Origin: Eledone cirrhosa
Taxonomy: Eukaryota
DNA: 64,000 nucleotides
Assembly (NCBI GenBank): GCA_964016885.1
Contig: OZ024743.1
Span: forward strand, 250,232,001-250,296,000
Direction of reading: 5' to 3'
Below the pieces are notes generated by a model. The model searched no databases. It had not been told where the DNA came from and was given only the letters and a program-made list of their open reading frames with translations. Shown piece by piece: positions 39,798 through 52,130 of the stretch. Position 1 is the stretch's first letter. Every line of letters starts with the position of its first letter. The position numbers and the translations under genes were made by a program.

Positions 39798-40239
39798 TAT
39801 ATATATATTTAAAATACACACACACACACACACATACATTCATATATATTATATATACACACATATATATATATATATTTATATAAACACACATACATAT
39901 ATATATACATATAAATATATATATACATATAAATATATATATATACATATATGTTTATATATATATTATATATATGTTTATATGTATATATATATATATA
40001 TGTTTATATGTATATATATATACATACATATGAACATATATATATATAAACATATACTTACATATATAAACATATAAACATATATATATACATATAAACA
40101 TATATGTAATATATATATATAAACACACATACATATTTAAACATATAAACATATATATATATATATATACATATAAACATATATATATATAAATATAAAC
40201 ACATATAAATAAACATATATATACATACACATATAAATA

Positions 40240-40277
<38 letters not shown>

Positions 40278-40379
40278 CACATATATATAAACATATATAT
40301 ACATACATATATAAATAAACATATATATATATATACATAGACATATATATAAACATATATATACATACACATATAAATA

Positions 40380-40415
<36 letters not shown>

Positions 40416-40914
40416 CACATATATATAAACATGTATATATATACATACACATATAAATAAACATATATATATATATATATACATACACATATATATAAAC
40501 ATATATATACATACACATATAAATAAACACATATATATATATATATATACATACACATATATATAAACATATATATATATATATACACATATATATAAAC
40601 ATATATATAATATACATACACATATATATAAAGATATATACATATACATATATATAATATACATACACATATATATAAAGATATATACATATACATATAT
40701 ATAATATACATACACATATATATAAAGATATATACATATACATATATATAATATACATACACATATATATAAACATATACATATATACATATACATATAT
40801 ATATACATGCACATATATATATAAACATATATATATAAACATATATATATATATACATACATATATATATACATATATATATATGTATATATACATACAC
40901 ATATATATATAAAC

Positions 40915-40945
<31 letters not shown>

Positions 40946-40968
40946 CATACACATATATATATATAAAC

Positions 40969-40999
<31 letters not shown>

Positions 41000-41297
41000 C
41001 ACATATATATATATAAACATATATATATACACACATACACATATATATATATAAACATATATATATATATACATACACATATAAACATATATATATATAC
41101 ATACACATATATATATATATATATATATACCCATAAATATATGCATACACACATATATATATACATACACATATATAAACACATAAATATATGCATACAC
41201 ACATATATATATATATACATATAAACATATATATATACATACATATATATACACATAAATATATGCATACATATACATACATATATATATACATACA
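39798..41297. repeat. 1.5-kb compound microsatellite with higher-order units
   Basis: Recurrent acatacacatat..aaacatat; ~49-bp unit with aaagatatatac repeated three times near 40600-40760. Confidence 0.95.
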
Positions 41298-41908
41298 TGG
41301 TGGCTGCCAACTCGTTTTCGAGTACGGCCACCACTTTATATCCATCTAGGAGAACCCCTACCGATGCGCTAAACAAGTGTAACTTTTTAGTCCAGCCAGT
41401 GACTTGAAAACTCTGGTACAAACACTACACTTGTGACAATTATTGACACACATAGTGCTGGGCCCATGGTACCATGTGACGACAAGTGCAGGGAGATCTC
41501 CAGATATAAAGCAATGCCTGTGCCGTGAAGCTTTTATAGTGAGCAAAGGCACTGCACAAAGCCAGTCCCACTCTCTTAACCAAGATAATATTTACCAAAA
41601 AGAAGAACAAGTCAACATCATTGGATACCATCAGGGTTGCAGGTGTTATATCAGAGTTTTCCTTCTCCTAGAATTCTGCCTTGACAAAGGCTAAGGGGTC
41701 ATCTCTCCCAGTGATTTGGGATGGCCATTGACTCTAAAGAGCTCCTTTGCCCTTTGACAGGTTTTGTTTTTAGTCCTGCAGGATGTCCAAAGTCACCCTC
41801 CTCACCAAGAAACCTTGGTGGGGTTGCCAGTTTAGTCGCCAACGACCCGACCATGGGACAGGTTGTACTGGGATACATGTTACCAGTAGCACCAACTGGT
41901 GACCTGAC
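41298..41908 (-). mobile_element. Bipartite non-autonomous RTE derivative, copy 1
   Basis: RTE 5'-UTR-like CTAGGAGAAGGAAAACTCTGA, then C-terminal C2H2-like [17 protein letters not shown], a short 3' UTR and a (TGTA)n tail. Confidence 0.72.
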
Positions 41909-41957
41909 ACATACATATATATTTATATATGTATGTATACATGTATGTATGTACATA

Positions 41958-42019
<62 letters not shown>

Positions 42020-42091
42020 CATATATATATACATACACATACATATACATATACATACACATATATACATATACACATATATATATATACA

Positions 42092-42637
42092 TATAACAAA
42101 GTGCAGGGCAATAAAGATAGACGGTAGCCACGGAATAGGCAGACCTAGAAAAACCTGGGACGAGCTGATAAACTCCGACCTCACACACTTACACCTCTCC
42201 AAGACAATGTCACTGGACCGAGACCTTTGGCGGTACTCAGTAACAGAGAAGACCCGCCTTGCCAGTAGGCATCTCTAACAAAATACACCCCGTCCCACCA
42301 CCACCACCCCCACCCCATCCACACCACCCCGTCCTATGTATAGTTATGTTGGTGCCGCGCCATCCGGGCCGAAACAAATGAGATCGTGTAGGTGTCACGA
42401 CAAAAAAACACACAGTCCACGCTGTAATGTGGCCGTGTAGGCAACACGGTAAAAACCTCCCAGACCCACACTGTAAATGTGGTTGGTGTTAGGAAGGGCA
42501 TCCAACTGTAGAAAACCTGCCAGACAGTCCTATGCGAGCAAGACAATCACTCTTGCCTCAAGTGGGACTACCCCCGTCCAAACCCATGCAAGCGTGGAAC
42601 ACGGACGTTAAACGTTGATGATGATGATGATGATGAT
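42092..42637 (+). mobile_element. 5'-truncated young RTE copy (last ~61 codons, 3' UTR, (GAT)n)
   Basis: [22 protein letters not shown]...LASRHL* is identical in protein to the intact element's C-terminus. Confidence 0.95.
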
Positions 42638-42843
42638 ACATATATATATATATACATACATATATATATATATACATACATACATACATATATACATATA
42701 CATATACACACATATATATATATACATACATATACATATATATACATACATATATATATACATACATATATATATACATACATACATACATATATATATA
42801 CATACACATATATACACATACACATACACATATATACACATAC

Positions 42844-42875
<32 letters not shown>

Positions 42876-42957
42876 ACATACATATACACACATATACATA
42901 CATACATATATATATACATACATACATATATATATACATACACATATATACACATAC

Positions 42958-42989
<32 letters not shown>

Positions 42990-43170
42990 ATACATATACA
43001 CACATATACATACATATATATATACATACATACATATATATATATATACATACATACATATATATACATACATATATACATATATACACATATACATACA
43101 TACATATATACATACATACATACATACATACACACATATATACATATATATATATATATACATACATATA

Positions 43171-43778
43171 TGGTGGCTGCCAACTCGTTTTCGAGTACGG
43201 CCACTACTTTATATCCATGTAGGAGAACCCCTACCAATGCGCTGAACGAGTGTGAGTTTTTAGTCCAGCCAGCGACTTGAAAACTCTGGCACAAATACCC
43301 CACTTGTGACCATTATTGACATATAGTGCTGGGCCCATGGTACATGTGATGACAAGTGCAGAGATATCTCCAGATATAAAGCAATGCCTGTGCCGTGAAG
43401 CTTTTATAGTGAGCAAAGGCACTGCACAAAGCCAGTCCCACTCTCTTAACCAAGATGATATTTACCAAAAAGAAGAACAAGTCAACATCATTGGATACCA
43501 TCAGGGTTGCAGGTGTTATATCAGAGTTTTCCTTCTCCTAGAATTCTGCCTTGACAAAGGCTAAGGGGTCATCTCTCCCGGTGATTTTGGATGGCTATTG
43601 AGTCTTAAGAGCTCCCTTGCCCTTTGACAGGTTTTGTTTTTAGTCCTGCAGGATGTCCAAAGTCACCCTCCTCACCAAGAAACCTTGGTGGGGTTGCCAG
43701 TTTAGTCGCCAACGACCCGACCATGAGACAGGTTGTACTGGGATACATGTTACCAGTAGCACCAACTGGTGACCTGAC
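43171..43778 (-). mobile_element. Bipartite non-autonomous RTE derivative, copy 2
   Basis: Same termini as 41298-41908, with scattered substitutions and small indels. Confidence 0.72.
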
Positions 43779-43974
43779 ATATATACATACATACATATAT
43801 ACATACACACATACATACACACATACATACATACATACATATATATAGATACATACATATATATATAGATACATATATACATATATACATACATATACAT
43901 ACACATACATATATATACATACATATATACATATACATACATATATATATACACATACATACACATATATATAC

Positions 43975-44017
<43 letters not shown>

Positions 44018-44090
44018 CACACATATATACATATATATACATATATACATACACATATATATATACATACACACACATATATATATACAT

Positions 44091-44165
<75 letters not shown>

Positions 44166-44211
44166 ATCTTCTCTGCCTACTACTACTACTACAACATTTT
44201 TGTCTACTGCT

Positions 44212-44817
44212 ATGTCAAGGAATTTACCTTCTAATACCAGAACAAGAACTCTCCCTCCCACAGTCCACAAAGGTCGTCAAATCCTACTCAAACCATCATC
44301 TACAGCTCTCACAACACACACACCCACATACCCACCCACTCGAAACCCCATCATTTGCCACTACTCTCTACGCTATAGAATATGTACGGATAGTGGCTGC
44401 AAATTCACCCATTTACCTACGACAAAACGATCTATCCCCACAAACAGCCACCACCATAATACATACTCTAATTTAACACCAACACAACCACCAATAACTC
44501 AAACAAGGAATCCACAAATCTGCCGCTTTTCCCTGCGAGACAGATTGTGTTTAGACCGGGATTGTCCCTTTACCCATCTCCCGGGGACCCGTCGGACAAA
44601 TGAAAATAAAATTAAAAATAAAAGCAAAAACAAAAACCATAACCTACATAAAAATAACCACTACCACAGTCACCAACAGTCTTCTAAACAGGACACTTCT
44701 TCCTCTTTTTTAGCCATAATCAATCTGGCAAAAGAACTGGAAAAAAACATTCGAGCTCTCACCCAGCACCACCCTCCACTATCACCCCACTGCACAAACC
44801 CCCATTGCTGCCATTAA
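44212..44817 (+). CDS. LINE ORF1-like protein with two C-x8-C-x4-C-x3-H zinc fingers
   Basis: [19 protein letters not shown] and [19 protein letters not shown], directly upstream of an APE endonuclease ORF. Confidence 0.7.
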   Translation: MSRNLPSNTRTRTLPPTVHKGRQILLKPSSTALTTHTPTYPPTRNPIICHYSLRYRICTDSGCKFTHLPTTKRSIPTNSHHHNTYSNLTPTQPPITQTRNPQICRFSLRDRLCLDRDCPFTHLPGTRRTNENKIKNKSKNKNHNLHKNNHYHSHQQSSKQDTSSSFLAIINLAKELEKNIRALTQHHPPLSPHCTNPHCCH

Positions 44818-45278
44818 CAAACAAACAAATTAACAACACACCAAAACAATTAAAACCATCCACTCTCGCCTCTACATTTTTGCTTAACGCCCAAGGCATC
44901 AGCCCTTCCACCAATACTCAAAAATGGAAGATCAAATTCCTGGAGGACTGGATTGATGTCCATCGAAACCACATCCCTTTCTTCGTCCTCACTGAAACCC
45001 ATCTCAGTAACCTCCACTTGGAAGCCGAGGTGAAAGTGAAAAATTTCAAAGCCATCCGTGCTGATCGCGCTGGCAGAAGAAAGGGCGGAACTGCCATTTA
45101 TGTCCATAATTCTTTCTCAACAGAGGCTATGAACATATTCACTAATGGATACTGTGAGGCAGTCACTGTATTCAGTCAAACCAACAACCTATTAGTAGTT
45201 GGGCTCTATAGGCCACCCCAAACGCCTGTACCATGCTTCAAGGAACGCCTCAACAGCATAAAGATGTTGTCAGGGTGA
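44805..45278 (+). pseudogene. LINE ORF2 N-terminus (APE endonuclease), 3'-truncated; CR1/L2-group-like
   Basis: LLNAQGI, VLTETHL, RADR..RKGGTAIYV and GLYRPP, followed by microsatellite. Confidence 0.82.
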
Positions 45279-45418
45279 CACTCTTGGATATACATACATA
45301 TATATATACATACATATAGATACACATAAATATATGCATACATATAAATACATATATATATACATACATATATATATACATACATATATGCATACATATA
45401 AATACATATATATGTTTT

Positions 45419-45450
<32 letters not shown>

Positions 45451-45496
45451 GTTTTACACACACACACACATATATACATACAGATATTTATGTTTT

Positions 45497-45557
<61 letters not shown>

Positions 45558-45578
45558 CTGTATATATATATATATATA

Positions 45579-45798
45579 AATGTGGAAATCTAAATGCAGA
45601 AAATTGTAATAAGTTGATCACTATAAATAATAGCTTTAGAAAATTGGGTGAAATATCCTTTAAAGATGGAAGAAAGTGGCCAGCAGCTGCAACAGAGAAT
45701 CAATGTCCATATCTCTTGAAAATCAGCTGAGCATGTCTGATTAGGGTATTCTACCTGATTTTCTAAAGCTATTATTGATAGCGATTGACTATTAAGTT
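45579..45798 (-). mobile_element. Degenerate fold-back insertion
   Basis: Arms cactataaataatagctttagaaaatt / attttctaaagctattattgatagcg, with a one-sided extension to (TA)n. Confidence 0.55.
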
Positions 45799-46039
45799 TA
45801 TATAAAGTGTTTGGTTTCTCATATTTTTAAATCATCCAAGCTCTTCAATAATTCATATGCATGAAAAGAGAAGGTAGTAGATAGCATGTATGTGCAGACA
45901 CAAAAAAAAACACGCATACATTGTAGAAAGAGACAGAGAAAAAAAATAGAGTAACTATAACCTGAGATAAACTCAAGCAAAAAGGAGACACAGAGGGCAA
46001 AATACAGCACAAGATTTAGGATAAATTAGGCTGTGAGAT

Positions 46040-46895
46040 AGTTATGAGGCCCCTTACTTGGACCTTGAAGAAGGTAATACATTTTGTTTTGGCAGGAAGA
46101 TGGGTCCCCTGGCCAACGGGACCTTGTGCTTAAACACACCTAAGCACAATGTTAAATCCAGCACTGGCAAAAAGTCATTGATAAGATTATATACTGTGAT
46201 GAAAGACTACATAGCTGATTGGTTGGTTAACCAATTGATTGATGGATTAAGTCCGTGATTAATAATATTTAATTTTGTCAAAAATCAGTAATTTCAAGGA
46301 TGGGGAAAGTCAGTTATATTAACCCAGTACTTCACTGGTACTTTATTTAAATGACAATCGGATTACCATTGAAAGAGTGATAAAATCTTTAAAAAAAAGA
46401 AAAAAATATATATACATGCCTACCACCACTAAGGAGCTTCAGCCCCTCCAATAATGTGGAGAATAATTTGTTTTGAAATATTTGTGCTTTGGCTTTTACT
46501 ACATTGATTTTCTATTGCTCTAAATATATTAGTTGATCATGATTTTAATTTCTTTCTTAGTCTCGTATAGAGAACTTTGTTAATTTTATTACAGTTGTAT
46601 AAATTTACAGTAGAATATGTTTTAAATATATACATAAATAACGTAGCAAATGCATACATAACTTTATAAATAGCTCACAATTCGTTCAGAAGGACAAATA
46701 TGTCTAAACCGTGTATAACAACACGATAATATAGATTAATGGAAAAAAATGACAAAGGAAAGAAAAAGAAGTTATGAGGCCCTAAACATTGAAAAATTCA
46801 TCGTAAAAATTTTTGGTGGCAGGAAGATGGGCCCATCCTGGCCAACAGGGCCCTGTGCTTAAGCACACCAAAGCACAATGGTAAATTCAGTATTG
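46040..46895. repeat. Two direct copies (~46040-46165, ~46770-46895) of a MITE-like end
   Basis: gttatgaggccc..ggcaggaagatggg..ctggccaac..gtgcttaa.cacacc.aagcacaatg.taaat.cag.a.tg; the end resembles a hAT-type TIR. Confidence 0.55.
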
Positions 46896-47929
46896 CTCTC
46901 AATCCCAAAACAGTAACAAAGCTCTGTATAATATTATATAATTACAAAACAATAATTCAAAGAAGATATTCTTTAATTTATTGAAAGGGAAACACCAACA
47001 TTCCCTCAGGTATTTAGACAAAATATTCATAAGCATTGCATAACTCAATTGAAATTGTTATTGCTATCGTCTATTTACAATTGAAATTCGTATTCTTAAA
47101 GAAATATTATGAATTTTAATCATATCATAAGATTAAATACCACAATCTGAGAGGTAAATTCTTACAATATAATCGTCTAAAGATGAAAATTGTATTTTCT
47201 ATGGTTTTGGAGTGTTTCAAATAAATCTGGCCTTCAAAACTATCGAAATTTATTCTTTGTTTAGTTAACACTCTGGGAGTTGGTCTCTGAAGTTTTCTTT
47301 ATAGATACACCTGTCCATATTGAATAGTGAAATTTGTGGTTTTTCCATATTTTCCAGTGTGTTTTGAAAGATTCTAGCCACCAGAACTATTATTTTAAAG
47401 TTAATAGTTCATACTTGAGGATAAATATCACACCTGCCTTCTAAAATAAGGTGCAGTTTGTGTTTATGATATTGTTATTTTTAAAATGTATTTTAAAGGC
47501 CATATTCGTTCTAAACAAATTAAAAAACAATAATAAAAACAAATTTCAGCTCCAATGCGAGACAGGTGTTGTTATAAAAATTTACCATTTTAGATAACCT
47601 ACCAGTGAATTGTACCAGTAAAAACATATTTAATATAAAATTATGAGAAATAAAACAAACAAATATTTAGGGTTATTCTCCATCACCCCACACATAAGGG
47701 GTATACAATAGACGGACTGAGATTTGTTATCATACGAAATAAATATAATTATAATAAAGAACAATAATGTAAGAAAAAGATGAATTATGAAAAAGCATTT
47801 ACCCATCGACACACTAGAGGAAAACACATTAAGTTAGGCACAGTCAGAGCACACCACCTCATCTCTATTCGGGGTTCGTTTTTGGAAAGTCCCACATATT
47901 TTCTAGACAAAACTATTTTAATCTCTTAA

Positions 47930-48024
<95 letters not shown>

Positions 48025-48245
48025 AGAGTGTGGTCTCTTTAAAACCAAAAATATAAGTGTTCTATGTAGAGTTGTCCATACAACCGATCTCACCACATAT
48101 TGGCCGGAGGTTTCTCCAAACAGCACAGTAAACTAAATAGTGTATATATATACCTTACATAATATTATCTAATAATGATAATAGTAATATATGTATACAA
48201 AGGGTCAATCGTATTTATGAACTGTTAAGCAATTTTTTAATATAT

Positions 48246-48556
48246 ATTAATTTAATATAAGCTGCTCCAAAGGTTTTTGACTAAGAAAAATATTCGAACA
48301 CGTTGGATATGTACACCCCAAGAGACGGGAAATTTCACAATTGTGACTCAAACTCACACCAGTTGTATGCCAGACGTCTGCCTACACCAAAATAGATTTC
48401 TCACATACCCGTCATTCTAATTACTTATGTATCAGCTAGTTCTAATTTCAAGTCATACAGACAAGAGTGTCCAGGCTTTTCGTCTTTAGGGGGCTTATAT
48501 GCCAAACTTAGTAAATAGTCAAAAGACATGTCTGTAAGCAGCTTATATTAAACTAA
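48246..48556. mobile_element. Degenerate fold-back insertion
   Basis: Arms ttaatttaatataagctgct..ttttgacta / tagtcaaaa..agcagcttatattaaactaa. The right arm includes the palindrome agacatgtct followed by GTA. Confidence 0.5.
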
Positions 48557-49454
48557 CATATAATTCAAAACAATAAATGTATCTATTATAACTACACTTA
48601 CTTAAGTTCTGATGCTATCTTAATTGAAGGATTATAGGAACAGGCGTTGCTTTTGTGTGTGCGTGTAGCAAAGCCTCGACATATTTTTCCCATAATGGTT
48701 TTATTCACCTCTCACACACGACCACCAAAAGACTTAACTGTGACTTCAGAGCCCCAAACCGAGATAATGTTCTCTTGTGGGAAGCTACAGCGCCGGAATA
48801 TCCCAAAAGAGGACAGTTGGAAAGGCCAACTGTTTAATGTTCATGGACAACCTAAATCTTATATATGCAAGAAATGTTTGACCCCCCCAGAACATTCTGC
48901 TTTTCGACTGCAATAAATATAGTCTTCTTTCGACTCTGCAACAGAGTTTGTTTGGTCTGCCTAGTAATGTAACCACATTCAGATACACACACTCTAGCCA
49001 GCCATGCTGGATTCAGCATTAGCTGAGATTGCTACCAAGACCGGTTAGTAAATATTCTACATTTGTAGATTAACATACTGCATCTATACTTGCATAGTTT
49101 TCCGTCTTTCATTGCTACAAATGATTTCAAAGTAAATCATGTCAAAAGTAAAAACATTTGAATTGGCGGTATTTTGTTCAGTTGTTAATTCTTATACAAG
49201 TGATTTGAGAAAATCATCTTTCCCACATTAATGTCACTTCACACCGCAACAAACGAGTACAACTACTTATTTCTTCGAATATGGCAGAATTTCTCGCGAC
49301 TCGGTGAGATATACTTCACTTACCATTACTCAACCAACAAGCTACTCATTCATTCGACAGCATATTCAGTATATCACCACTACTATTAACACAAATGAAC
49401 AAATCCATCTGGCAACTGCCCATAGCCGAACCAATATTTATTAATTACCTTGCT

Positions 49455-49543
<89 letters not shown>

Positions 49544-50830
49544 TATGTATAGTCAACATTTTCTCTTTAAACACCTCTTCAAGTAGGAAATCCCCTTCCA
49601 CGATAATAATTTCCATCAATAACATAGGAAAACTTCACTAACACTACCATGTCAGTTTGAGTGAGTCTTTAATATATTGAACGAATTATGGCTAACAATA
49701 AAATACTTTCTTCAACAACAGATTCGCCATCTTTGGTCTTTAAATATAAAAAAAAAGGTTACATCGTTCCTCCACTGAATTAAATAAAATCTTATAGAAG
49801 TACTGTGTTAATACTGACCGTTTGTCAACAAACTCACAAATTTCTTACATTTGTTTCCAACACTAAACTTCGTTTTTTAATAAATTTTAGAATATAGTGG
49901 TATAAAAGTTTTCCAATATTTCATAATACGATATTTGTCTATCAACATGCTGCAATAATTGATCTTCTGCACAACTGCTAGATACGAAATTTTCTTGTTT
50001 CGTTTTATGATGTCCATGTCCACTTTGAATTCCAAGGTATTATGTACGACTCTAGTCGTTAAATATTACATTTGTAACCTATGTTGATATAACTCAGTAT
50101 AGCATAACATACAACCAACACAGGGAAACATCAAATTAGCCATAATCAACACTGTGCCGACTAATTGACATCATCATTTGAACGGCGAACCAATTCAGTG
50201 TTCAGAATCATATTTAGGTTTACAGACTGTTGAAATTTTGTATATTTCTTCAGTTGTCTAAGCAGAGGGGAAGTGGGTGAGCAGACTGGTCATTTGATGT
50301 GGGCCAATGATTCTTAGGCAGTCTTGTCCGTTACTTCCCAGTTAAAAGCAAAAGGACATTTTTTTGTAAAGAATTACGTTTCTTGTAAATCATTTCTTCT
50401 ACACCAATGCATTTGTAGATGTTATACAGGCTGTGTGTGGGGGCTCTTCCGGCACCCTCTCACCACTTAAACTGTACTGAATACCATGCAGAAGAACGTA
50501 GAGTTGGTGCACTTCTGACTTTGCATCCATCTACACTGTCTTGGATACCAAGCAGAATGACATGAGTTGGTGCTCTATTGCTCAGTAATCTAAAACCAAC
50601 AGCCATAGAAACACAAAACGAAAATGTGTGGAAAGACTTTGGAATTCTGGAATCCTTAGAAACCATACATCACACTACAACACTTAGTCATGGTAATTCT
50701 ATATTTGTATATATATATGTGTGTATGTGTATATGCAAATGTACAGATGTAGGATAACACATATCTCTCTCTATCTCACAGACTCTCACTCTCTCCCTAT
50801 GTATGTATGTGTACATATATATGAGTGTGC

Positions 50831-50875
<45 letters not shown>

Positions 50876-50931
50876 CCTAAACACAAACAAGTATATATAC
50901 AGAACATGATGTGATGACATTTTATTCCATT

Positions 50932-50980
<49 letters not shown>

Positions 50981-51015
50981 TCTGCATGCTGTTAACACTT
51001 GGATATCTAAGCACT

Positions 51016-51100
<85 letters not shown>

Positions 51101-51128
51101 GTATATATATATATATATGTATATATAT

Positions 51129-51243
51129 AGTCCTATGCGAGCAAGACAACCACTCTTGCCTCAAGTGGGAAAACTCCCGTCCAAACCCATGCAAGCGTGG
51201 AACATGGACGTTAAACGATGATGATAATGATGATGATGATGAT
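51129..51243 (+). mobile_element. Very short 3' fragment of the young RTE
   Basis: Matches 42526-42637; inside (TA)n. Confidence 0.9.
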
Positions 51244-51250
51244 ATATATG

Positions 51251-51287
<37 letters not shown>

Positions 51288-51288
51288 G

Positions 51289-51345
<57 letters not shown>

Positions 51346-51418
51346 ATATGTATATATATGTATATATCTCTATATATGTATATATCTATATATATATGTA
51401 TATATCTATATATATATG

Positions 51419-51453
<35 letters not shown>

Positions 51454-52130
51454 TTATATATATATATATATGTATATATATATGTATATATATATATGTG
51501 TGTGTGTGTGTGTGCGATTCTCACTAAATTTATATTTGTATTAATCTCCCAAGTCTAGCAATTAACCAGTTAATTTTTTAAATATTTTTAGTTAATTCTA
51601 TTGACCGATTAATCGATTAAGTTTATTTTAAAAACTACTCGGTTGAGAACTTAATTTGTTTTGTGCTATTTTTGCAATGACTACACATACTGAATTCATT
51701 TGCCAAAACTAGGGGTTTTCTCCCCTTTGGAGTTCACATATGCTTTCGAACACTGTGAGATCCTGGCGCACGCAGAACAAAATACCTGTTGAGAAAGTGA
51801 TATCCTTATTCGATCATCATACCAAAAACTTATTATTTTTTATAAGCAGACAGTATTATTGATTTAGGTGTCACAGAAACCCTATGTCTGATTTTACCAT
51901 CATTCCCGAGGGTCCGGGTAAATATTTCAATCATATCTTATGTTGTTTGACCCGCTTAGCTTGCTTGCTTTTTTTGGCTTAGGTGGTTAATGGCTTCTTA
52001 ACCATCGTCTCAGTTTTGTATGGCCTTTTTAACTTATGTTTATAGCTCTGGTGTCTTCATAGCCATTGAGTACTTGCCAACACAATTCGGAAGTCACTAA
52101 TTTCTACTCGGCGAAATGCGATTCTTGCTA

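Noticed and set aside
48900-50460. CpG-containing, possibly decayed DNA-transposon coding sequence
   Set aside because: No family motif or termini could be identified.
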